20,000 bases of DNA from NCBI GenBank assembly GCA_003971905.1, contig RSEE01000141.1, positions 118,449-138,448 of the forward strand. The letters are read 5' to 3'. Origin of the DNA: Moniliella sp. 'wahieum' (Eukaryota). Below, one piece after another: positions 10,576 to 20,000 of this stretch. The number at the start of each line of letters is the position of its first letter. Within the stretch, counting starts at the first letter, position 1. The notes beneath the pieces are model-generated. The model searched no databases, was not told the DNA's origin, and saw nothing but the letters and a program-made list of their open reading frames with translations. The position numbers and the translations under genes were made by a program.

Positions 10576-11038
10576 CTCCCGGGCGTAGCTATCCGAGCCA
10601 ATGTTGTGTTGGTGCATCGCCCTTTTCCTTATTAGCGCCGTCGTATCGTGTTTTGTCTGTTCTTCTCCCATGGCTATGTATGGATTTCATCCACCATCCG
10701 ACGATGTGGAAGTAGTTGAGGATGTCGGTATATGAGGGGGGTGATTATTGTGTCGGCACCATCTTCGGGAAGACACAGAATTAATCACGAGACCATAACC
10801 TGCGCCTTGGGTGGGCGCCGCGCGCACGAGGCCAGTCATCGCGTCATCTGCATCATCGAAGGGGGCAACGCAGCATGGGGCCAGTGATCGCGGGTGCAAT
10901 TTCAATGGCGACCCACTTTGCTGTTTTGCGCGCTGGGCGAGTACCGTATTTGCAGCAGGTTGCCACCTCTGCTGTCTGTTCCCACCGCCACCGCCACCAC
11001 CGTCATCGCCCCCATCGCCGCCCTCACCCCCTGCTCCC

Positions 11039-14000
11039 ATGCGTGCTGAGGGAATGCGTTTGGCTGCCCGCGCGGCCCGTACGCCCCTGGCTGCGTCGGT
11101 GTCCGCTGCTCGTAGTGGCGTCGGCGTCGGCCTTGGCGCCTTGCGCCCCGCTCCCACATCTTCGCGCGCCGCATCTGCTTTCTTTGCGCGTCCTGCCCGA
11201 TCCCCGCTTCTCACGTCCGCCCACGTCCCATGGGTGCACCCTTTCCGCTCACATCTCCCGTCATGCGACACATGAGTGTGCGCGCAATCAGCTTCCGCTT
11301 TGTTCCCCGCTTCGCCTTTCGTCTCCTCCGCCTCCCCGCTGCGCTTGGCATCACAGGGGCTGGGGTTTTGACCTATGCCAGTGGTAAGCTCGATGACGCA
11401 CGTGCCAGGTTGGAAGAGTACTATCTCCTGGCCGAGGGTATGGCTGCTCAGGCGATGGTACAGCTGGTGCGTGGACCTCTGAGGCTCAAGCCCAATTCGG
11501 TGCTTGGGTCGACTCTCTCGACTTCACGGCGGCCCAGGAAGCCCGAGACGAGTGGATTGATCGCGCTAGCTCGATGCATGAGCGGGCGCGCAACTTCTTT
11601 GCAAGCCTGGGAAGCACAGACGAATCTGGATCAGGTGCCAACTCTCCGGTTCCTCTTCGTCTTCCTCTGGGCCTGGGGGCAAGGGCCCAGCAGCTGCGTT
11701 GGCTGCCTCTCTTTTTGCTAAATCGGGTGAGGAGGAGCAAGTGGGTGAGGAGGATGAAGAAGCTTTCGACTCGGAAGATAGCGCTGCAAGTCTGATGCAC
11801 CTCACACGTCAGTTGATCGAGGTGCGCAACATCCTCAAGACGATTGATCATACCGGCGAAGAGATTGCTCTTCCCTCGATTGTCGTGATTGGCTCCCAGA
11901 GCAGCGGAAAGAGCTCGGTGCTGGAGGCGATTGTGGGTCATGAATTTTTGCCCAAGGGATCCAACATGGTTACCCGTCGGCCCATCGAATTGACCTTGAT
12001 CCACACCAAGGCGACGGGTAAGAAGGGGGACGTGGTGGAGTACGGTGAGTTCCCTGGTACGGGCTTGGGCCCGATCCGTGACTTCCGCCAGATCCAAGAG
12101 ACGCTACGGGATATGAACTTGGCTGTGCCTAAGGAGCAAGCGTGTCGGACGTGCCTATCGAACTCCACATCCACTCACCCCACGTGCCCGATCTGAGCAT
12201 GATCGACCTGCCCGGCTACGTCCAGGTGGCTGGGATGGATCAACCAGATGATTGCGGGAAAAGATGAGAAACTGTGCGAGCAGTACATTGCTCCTTCGAC
12301 CAACAATGTGATCCTCGCGGTTTGTGCGGCAGATGTGGACTTGGCCAACTCGCCTGCGTTGCGGGCCAGCCGTAAGGTCGACCCACTTGGCCTTCGCACC
12401 ATTGGTGTGATCACCAAGATGGACCTTGTTCCCCCCGAAGTGGGCGCATCGATTCTTTACGGCAATCGGTACCCTCTTGCGCTGGGCTATGTGGGTGTGG
12501 TAGCCAAAAACCCAGTTTCTCCGATTAAGAGTCGGTTGGCCCGCAGCCATATGCGGTCGGGCGTGTCGTCGTTGACTGGCTCGGTGGAACAACAAGAAGA
12601 TGACTTTTTCGCCCAGAACGCGGTGGCGTTCCAGCCACCGCTTAAGGGGCGGCACGCTGGCGTAGAGCCACTGCTAGGTACGGACGCCCTTCGGCGGAGG
12701 CTGATGTCAGTGCTGGAAGAGAGCATGGGGTCGAGTTTGCAAGATGTATCAACGGCGGTGCAGATGGAGCTGGAGGAGGCGGCATATGCATTCAAGGTGC
12801 AGTACAATGACCGTGCCATCTCGGCCGAGGCATATGTTGCCGAAACGATCGATGCGCTCAAGCACCGTCTCCACTACTTGCCGATCAACTGGGCAAGCCT
12901 CAAGCCCGTGCACTGCTGAAACATGCCTTGGACGAAAAGGTTCTCGACATTTTGGCTCAGATGTACTGGTCTGACACACGTACCCTTGAGCTGTGCGCCG
13001 CAGGGGATGCCAAGATGCTCCCTCCACCCAAAACGGCCGAGGACAAGGAGAAGATTGACGCCGCGTTGGATCGGTACTGGACGTACAAGCTGGATGCGTC
13101 GACCTCAGCCCTGACCAAGGCCGGCATTGGTCGGCTCAGCACTCAGATTGTTGTGGATGCGATCCGGGTGAGTTGGAACGGCTGCTCGTTTCCGAGCCGT
13201 TTGCGTACCACCAGTCCACTGCCGAGCGGATCGAGGCATTGGCGGCGGGCATTCTGCGGGAACGGTTTACGCTAACGCGGATCAGGTTGAGAATGCAATC
13301 AAGCCGCTCAAGTATGAAGTGGAGATTGAGGATCGGGACTGGGACACGGGACGCGGATGCAATGACCCTCTTGCAACGGGAACTGGACATGTGTTCTGAA
13401 GCGGGCAAGCGTCTCCGGTCCACGATCGGCAGGTCGCGCTTGAATGCAGCGGTGAGCCATGTGAAGGAGTTGGACGAGCGGCAGCGGCAACGCGCCGCCG
13501 CTCGCTGGAGGGCGATCAAAGAACGCTCGGCGCACCCAGACACTGCTCCTGCCGTCGACGAGGACGTGGAGGCCGACGACCCTCTTCGCCCCGACTATAA
13601 TGCCGCTTTGCTCGGAAAGGCCCGCGAGCCATTTTCCTCGATGCTCGGGCTGACATCCTAAAGAGGCGGTTAAAGTCATTGGGCTCCAAGCGATGCAAGC
13701 CGGCCTGGGGTACAAAGTGATGCGTACTGCCCCGAGACGTTCCTCAATGTCGTGGCGGATAAGTTGACCTACACCTCGGTCATGTTTATCAATATTGAGT
13801 TGCTCGCCGAGTTCTTCTACCAGTTCCCGCGCGAGCTGGACACGCGCCTGGTCCAGGAGTTGAACCGCGGAGAGGTGGAGTCGTTTGCGCGGGAGAACCC
13901 GGTGGTGCGGGATCACCTGGATCTGCAAGGACGCAAAGAGAAGCTGGAGCTGGTGCAGGAGAAGCTCGACTCGCTCCTCCATCTCTACCAGGGCAAGACG

Positions 14001-14045
14001 GTACCGTTGCGTTCGCAGCCCAAGTCCAAGTGGTCCTTTTTCTAA
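11039..14045 (+). CDS. MGM1: Mitochondrial dynamin-like GTPase Mgm1/Msp1 (OPA1 counterpart); multiple frameshifts
   Basis: Arg/Ala/Ser-rich presequence ([15 protein letters not shown]; the start could be 11039 or the next Met); [22 protein letters not shown] membrane anchor; G1 [44 protein letters not shown]3 DLPG; G4 TKMD; C-terminal [36 protein letters not shown]. Confidence 0.95.
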
Positions 14046-14536
14046 AGCCAGCTTTGCTTTGCTGGCAGCACCCTGATGGCATTGTATCCGTGCTTGTTCT
14101 GCCCTTCTCCACGTACTGCTTTGCCAGTCACACCCTCCCTACTCTTTGCAAGGTTCTCTGTTCCCTTCGGACACGCCCTTCCCTCGTCTGCTTCTCGTCT
14201 TCCCCTCTCTCCGTTTTCACGGCCATACCACGTCTATACATATCCTTCTTCGAGCTATCTGAGGCCGCAGCTGCACACATATAGAGGGCATGGAAGGCTC
14301 GAAAGACCAAATGGCCGTCTTCTGTATTCCGCCGGGAGCATCCTTTTGGGGTAGGCGTCGAAGCCGGGCAACGGGGGGAGGGACGCGTGCAACGGGAATC
14401 CCAGACCCCGTCTGGGAAAGAATGATAGGGGCAGGTGCACCGAGGTGGGCCGAATAAATGCAAGGACCACGCTGACCAATTTTGCCGTATCTCTCTCGTT
14501 GTCCACCTTGGGAAGGGAGACCGAGGGACACACTCT

Positions 14537-15091
14537 TTAGTGGTGAGTGTCGACCTTGTAGCCAACAAGGTGCCTCCGACCAATCTGCGCAAGGGGGTGA
14601 ATTAACGTCAGTTTCTGCTGAAGCCTTGACTATGAGGAAAGGGGGCTACGCACAATCTCTCCCACCTTGAAGAAGCCGTAGGCCTCAAGGCCATACAGCG
14701 CCACCGTCTTCCACTGGCCATTGGCGGCGATCGAGTTCCACCAGCCAATGGAAAGCATTGGCGTAAAACGTCTGGTACGCCGCCTTGATCTGGGCAAGCT
14801 GGTCGGGGGCGCCAAGGCCTGGCCTTGGTACACCTGCTTGGCCACCTCACCAGCCACCTTGGCGTAGTACCACGCCGGCTGAGCGACAGCTGTGCAGCAA
14901 TGCAAGTTAGTGGGGAGGAAAAAGCAAGAGAGAGACCAGCAAAACACGCACCCTCGGTCTGGCGCGCAACGTTGAGGCCAGCAGCCTTGGCCTTGGCAAC
15001 GTAAGCCTCGACGTTGTGGGGCGCGGGCGAAGAGTGGATGGCGCGCCGGGCCGGGGCGCGGCGGGCAGCCTGCGGGGCGGGCAGAGAGCAT
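14537..15091 (-). CDS. ATP20: Mitochondrial ATP synthase subunit g; introns 14890-14951 and 14585-14653; about 2 frameshifts
   Basis: Spliced product ..VARQTE|AVAQPAWYYAKVAGEVAKQVYQGQALAPP..ALYGLEAYGFFKVGEI|IGRRHLVGYKVDTHH*. YYxKVxxExxKQVY and FxxGEIIGRRxxVGY are subunit g hallmarks. Both introns are GTGCGT..CTRAC..CAG. Confidence 0.92.
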
Positions 15092-15659
15092 GGCAGCAGG
15101 CGATGCGAAGAGGCAGATGCCGATGGTGGTGGGACGGCGGCTGCGCTGCTGGCGGCGCACCGAGCGAGAGCGGGAGCGCTGAGCCGGAGAAGCCCTTCCT
15201 GCGCCCGCTCGCTGGCCCCCTGCCCGTCCTTCGCCCCGCATGGCGCCAGCCTGGTCCCGCGCATTCGTGCTTACAAAATAGCCCGGTCCGACCCGACCCG
15301 GCGCGCAGCTCAGCACTGTGACCAACCCTAGCAGCCGCACACTGTCCTCCTGCGATGCAGCACTGGAGCAGCCCATAATTACGGGCGCCCATCGCCCTAC
15401 TCGACCATCTAGCTGTGTTGCCATCCATTCAAGCACGATGTTGCGACCACGACGAGACGTGCGCTCAAATATAAGCAGTAAAGCACGATCAAAGAAGGGC
15501 AGGGGGCATCTCCTACACGTAAACGCGAGGGCATGGGCCGAGATTTCAGCATGGACGAATGAAAATCGAGGACTGTGTACAACGTATAAGAACCCTCCGT
15601 GGAATCCTTCGGATCTCTGCACATGTATACAGGTGAAATTGGTGATACCAGGAGTGTTA

Positions 15660-18187
15660 CTCCCTGGAAATCGAACGCACCTCTCCTCCAGCTCATCTTC
15701 CGCACAAGCCTCAGCTTCAGCCTCCGACCCCACATCTTCCGCCATTCGGGCTAGCACGCCCTCCGCTTCGCTCCCCCAGTCGGTGCGGAGGATGAGCACA
15801 ATAAATCCAGTGGCACCCACCATGAGACCGATCCACAAGCCAAGCCAAATTCCCTGCAACCCCCAATCCGCATAGAGCATCAACGCGCCGCCAATGGGCA
15901 ATCCAACCACGTAGTAGGCAAAGAGGTTGATCACCGCGCCCTTGCTCTGCCGTCCGCTGCCACGGAGGATACCGGCGCCGACACCACAGATCCCGTCGGC
16001 AATCTGGAACGCGCCCACGTAGGGCATAATCGTTGCAATCATCGCCACTAGTTGGGGTCAGAGGAGAACATCCCCCCACTGGTTCCGGAACAGAATCATC
16101 GCCGAGGAATTGAGCAGGCCGCAAACTAATGCGCCTACCATAGCAGTACGGGTGGAGAGGGCAGCCCAGTAAGGCTGGTTGGCACCCAGTAGATTACCGA
16201 TCCGCACCGCCGATGCGACACTGACACTAAGCGGTAGTTGATACGTCAGGCTGCAAGTAACCAGCAGTACAGACTGCGCCGCCAGCGCCGACGTTCCCAG
16301 CATGGATGACATGAGATTCGCCACCTCCCATGCCCACCACTCGGCTGCCATCGCGATCGTCGATGAGAGACCGAGACTCCAAACATCGACCAAACCCTTG
16401 ACCTCAAGCGCTTTACGCGTGAGGCCTTGCCACGCATCGCGAGGGGCCACCCAGCATTGGAACAAACCAAAAACAAGCATGATGTAGTAGGACAGCACAC
16501 TGGCCACTGGCGCACCAATAAAACCCAGTCGGATCCGGTCTGGTCCGTAGACCAGTAGGATCTGCGCGGGTACATTGAATGCCGAAGCCACGGCGACAGC
16601 GATGGTGGGTGCATGGAAAAGACCCAATGCTTGGAGGTAGCGACGAATGATTTCGAACCCACCAAAGGCAGGGAGAGCAAGGGAAAGTACTTCGAGGTAC
16701 CGCGCCGCCAGCGCGGACACTTCAGGGTCTTGCCTCAGAGCAAGTAGAAGTCGTTCAGTGTTGAGCCAAGTGATGATGATCGGGATAAGGAGGAAGGCGA
16801 TTAGGATGCACATGCGTTGGGTCCAAATGCCCACTGTGTGCGGGTGAGGAGAGCTATAAGCCGCAGGTAAGAGCGAATCGAGGGCAGAAACCCAACCGGA
16901 AATAATAGAGAAGCCGGTCACGTTAGCCGTCATGGAAGCAAGAGAGGCGGCAGCCAGTTCTGAATGGCAGATATTTCAGCAGTGTCAGTCCATGATCCCT
17001 CGATCCCGTCAAACAAGTAGAATGGAGATGCGTACGAGTTGTGCCAAGATGTCCGATGGCAAAGACGGTCACCACGCTGAGCGACAGCTCAAGCAAATGA
17101 GTTCCCAAGATGGGTGCAGTGTACCACGCCAATGTCTTGGCTTCTTCTCTAGCGGCCCCAGGGCCAGGGATTGCTTGGGATAAAGATTCGTCTGACGACG
17201 TGACCGATTCGGCGTCTTCCGTTGCATCAGGTCTCGAAGAAGTGGGTTTCGCGCCCTGGCCATTGGGCACAACGGGGGAAGGCGCAGCACCGCCGTACGA
17301 AGGCGTGGGCGCGTCAGACACAAGTGGCGTGCGCTCATGAGCATGGCCACCTACCCGCTCAACGTCAGTAGGTGCAATGCTGGAGCGGCGGATCTGTTGC
17401 TTGGTCTGAGCCACATCGGCCGGGCGTGGAATAACTTCGTTGCTGCTGCGGGACCAGCGACGCTCGGAGATGGGTGCACCCATTCCACCGAGTCGCTGCT
17501 GGAATGAGCTGCGGCGGCGCACGATGCCCGGGTGATGGGCAGCACCCGTCGCCGATCCCTCGGGGGGCAATTGGCCGGGGGGGTAGTGGTTGAAGGTACT
17601 GTTGCTGTACCTGCTCAATCGGAGGCGGGTTGGGTTCGCCACCGAGGATCATCTCGCGGTACCTCCTCGTGATGCTCGAAGCGCCCGGGCTGTGGCTGGC
17701 GCTCAAAAAGGAAGAGCGGAAACTGCCGCCTTGTGGGGGCGGATGCTCTCGGCCCCGCCCTGCAGGCATCACCATAGGTTGGGCATGAGTTCCATAGGAA
17801 CGCCTGTTTCGCTCAACCGAAGATTCGCGGCTGCTCGCACTGGCTGAGGGGGGCAATGCTGGCCCCATCATGGCCATGACCGGGTGGAGCAAGGTGGGAT
17901 GGGTGTTGATCAGGGGTGCGTCGAGCACGATGAAGGGCATGTCCCACATCACTTAACGGCGCAGTGGGCGTAAAGTGCGGGTCAAACACAGAGCCTGACT
18001 GGGAATACCGCTCGACCGCCCGCCGAGCTTCGTCTAGCTCACCCTGTTCAGCGGCCTCGTCGGACTGGGCGAGGCTGTCGTCCGGACCATGGAACGGTCT
18101 AAGGGTAGTTCTCGGCGCCTGGAGCAGACCATAATCACGGGGCACGCTACCGGGAGCGGAGAACTGGCCCCGCGAGTTGACGGACAT
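15660..18187 (-). CDS. MATE family efflux transporter (Erc1-like) with a long disordered N-terminus; intron 16960-17035; frameshifts; 3' end approximate
   Basis: LSVVTVFAIGHLGTT|QLAAASLASMTANVTG..SALDSLLPAAY..LRQDPEVSALAARYL..RRYLQALG..LGFIGAPVA..AEWWAWE..LAAQS..RIGNLLGA..FQIADG..GILRGSGRQ.KGAVINLFAYYVVGLPIG..GLQGIWLGL. Start inferred at MSVNSRGQF..PRDYGLL. Confidence 0.9.
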
Positions 18188-18348
18188 GGCGATAGTGTGT
18201 GGGGAAAGGTGATGGAAGAGCGATAAAAGCAGCCAGGAAAGTGGATGGAGTGTGGCCTTACGCTGGCCAAGAGTTGAGTAGGAGGGGAGTATAAAGTAGT
18301 GAATTTCAAATAGTGCTCAGCGTTCCTTCAGCTTCAGAGCTCCGTGTG

Positions 18349-18368
18349 TGACGCGTCAGCGCGTCAGC
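18349..18368. promoter_or_regulatory. TGACGCGTCA palindrome plus a partial tandem copy upstream of the MATE gene
   Basis: tgacgcgtcagcgcgtcagc about 165 nt before the MATE ATG. Confidence 0.45.
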
Positions 18369-18810
18369 CGACGGCGGCTCAGACAGCTGAACTAGTGACT
18401 TGGCGGGCCGCGCCTGTTGCCCTATGCTGGCTCAGAACCGCAGCTTGCCCTCTCCAGACTCGCGATTGTGCCTCCCTCGGGCCTTGGCCTGAAAGGGGGG
18501 ATACGTGATTAATGATTAGTCGATAACAGAGAATCCGATACCAAAATGTTGCGCACTGCGCGCTTGGGGCGGCCAACGGGGCTAGCGTAGTACTAATCGT
18601 TATACTGACGACAGCATTGACGACATGACCATTAATCGGCGCGTTGTCGCGACATTTGAACACATTAACATCCTTTAGATCTAAGGGCCGATTATGGGGA
18701 GAATGGCAGTGAATATTGATGTCCCTGACATCCTAGTGGAAGGTGACCAATTTCGTTACGGCGTTAGAAACACGTATCTCTAACGTCTTCTGTTGTTCGC
18801 GGTTGGGCCG

Positions 18811-18875
18811 TAGCGCGTAGGCCTAAGCCTTAGGCCTTACCGGTTACCGGTTACGGATTACCCCGGTTACCTACC
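18811..18875. repeat. Degenerate heptamer tandem array (TA-SSSS-T, e.g. TACCGGT)
   Basis: tagcgcg taggcc taagcct taggcct taccggt taccggt tacggat taccccggt tacc tacc. Confidence 0.7.
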
Positions 18876-19260
18876 AAAAAGTAACTACGTAAGTAGTGGT
18901 ACACTGTTGCGACGGTGACTGGCTTCACCGAGATCGCGGTGCACTTCCAGCCTCATTAGCCCCGAGGCTCCGCGGGCTCCGAAGACTGCTGATGCGCGCG
19001 TACCAGCGTAAGCCAACGCCTGTATCCCTTGCTGTTTCCTACCACCAACGCCTATCTCTCGCCCGCAATCGATAGCCTACGCTATTATCCCAAACGCTTC
19101 AGCATCCATTGCGGTCTCTATAGCCGAGTGGACCAGGGCGTCGCTACAATACCCTCACCAATGCCCTCGGTGGTCTCCTGGAAAAGGTGATGTTCTGAAT
19201 TAGTAGTGTGAGGTATTGCGAGCGGTGGGTGAGCCTCGTGATGGCCCTAGATAGTAGCAC

Positions 19261-20000
19261 TCAGTCCAGGTTGGTCGTCTTGGTCGCCAGACCCGGCTCC
19301 CGTAGTCAGACGGAGGCGGTGGCGGAGCCAACTTCTCGCCCAACTTCTTGTCCAGGTAGGCATCCGCCTCGTCGGCCGTCTTGAATGGCCGCCGACCCAG
19401 TGCAAGACGCATATCCTCCCGGGTGATCACCTCCTTTTCCAGTAGCAGCTTGGCCACTTTCTCCACATCCGCCTTATGTTCCGTTAGGAGCGCGTAGTTC
19501 GTTCGTGAGCCGCGACGACCATCTTCCGCACCTCATTGTCCAGGGTCTCGTTGGTTTTCCGAGTACGGCTTTTGCTGCGTGTCCTGATCTTGACGGTAAG
19601 AAATGGGGCCGAGGATCTTGTTCATCCCGTAGGTCGCGCAGATCTCATAGGCCATCTTGGTAATCTTGGACAGGTCGTCTTGTGCACCGTGGTGATGGAG
19701 CCGAAGAAGATTCTTCGCTCACCCGGCCACCGAGGGTCATGCACATCCGGTCCGTCAACTGCTCGGTCGAGAAGGAAATTTCTCTTTGGGCAGGTACTGG
19801 GCGTAGCCCAACGCGCCCACACCACGTGGGATGATGCTCACCTTGAGCAAAGGATCGGCGTGTTCGAGGAACCAGCCACAGACGGCGTGGCCAGCCTCGT
19901 GATACGCCACGTCTTCTCCTCGGGGCTCAACACTCGGCTCTTTGCGCTCCAACCCGGCAATGACCCGTTCAAAGCTGCTCAAAAGTGCGCCTCCTCAACG
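19261..20000 (-). CDS. AFG3: m-AAA mitochondrial inner-membrane metalloprotease (Afg3/Yta12/AFG3L2 type), C-terminal peptidase M41 part; 5' end outside the window; frameshifted
   Basis: [51 protein letters not shown] (HEAGH zinc motif at 19887-19901), then [50 protein letters not shown]. The stop is at 19261 or 19200 depending on frame. AFG3 versus YTA12 cannot be separated with certainty. Confidence 0.9.

Noticed and set aside
14630..16048. 472-aa ORF that appears to fuse the MATE C-terminus to ATP20
   Set aside because: It runs through intergenic DNA and an unspliced ATP20 intron. ATP20 has its own ATG at 15091, and a GTGCGT donor-like site near 15680 or an indel probably hides the true MATE stop.
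18500..18900. RIP-mutated transposon relic suggested by TpA richness
   Set aside because: No transposase remnant or clear terminal repeat with target duplication; GC content stays moderate and the TAs sit in ordered palindromes.
18490..19200. Telomerase RNA, RNase P/MRP, snRNA or box C/D snoRNA assignment
   Set aside because: There is no CTAACCCT template and no convincing P4 motif pair or snRNA 5' signature. The ATGATTA..CTGA and ACTTTTTGG (minus strand) matches are too short to support a call.
1297..20000. Calling the frameshifted genes pseudogenes or programmed frameshifts
   Set aside because: The breaks affect unrelated conserved genes alike, motifs are intact and no consistent slippery site is visible; assembly error is simpler.

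Overview
Eukaryotic, GC-rich, gene-dense fungal DNA. Short GT(G/A)CG..CTRAC..YAG introns and the protein styles suggest a basidiomycete, probably Ustilaginomycotina (inference). Gene order: glycine-rich-domain/DUF1399-type gene (+), intron-containing tRNA-Arg(ACG) (+), RidA/YjgF family gene (+), large SH3 polarity protein Tea4/Bud14 (+), mitochondrial dynamin MGM1 (+), ATP synthase subunit g ATP20 (-), MATE transporter (-), and the 3' part of an m-AAA protease AFG3/YTA12 (-). Nearly every long gene is broken by 1-nt frameshifts, most simply explained by an unpolished long-read assembly. I see no transposase, CRISPR array or rRNA. The least explained signals are: a palindrome- and hairpin-dense non-coding block at about 18490-19030 with a heptamer array; a sister motif cluster at 707-790; recurring promoter words (TGACGCGTSA, TGATTAAT, GCCTNAGGC); and the DUF1399-type protein, which has a His/Asp motif pair, CxxC pairs and a Cys/Gly tail and looks ascomycete-like.
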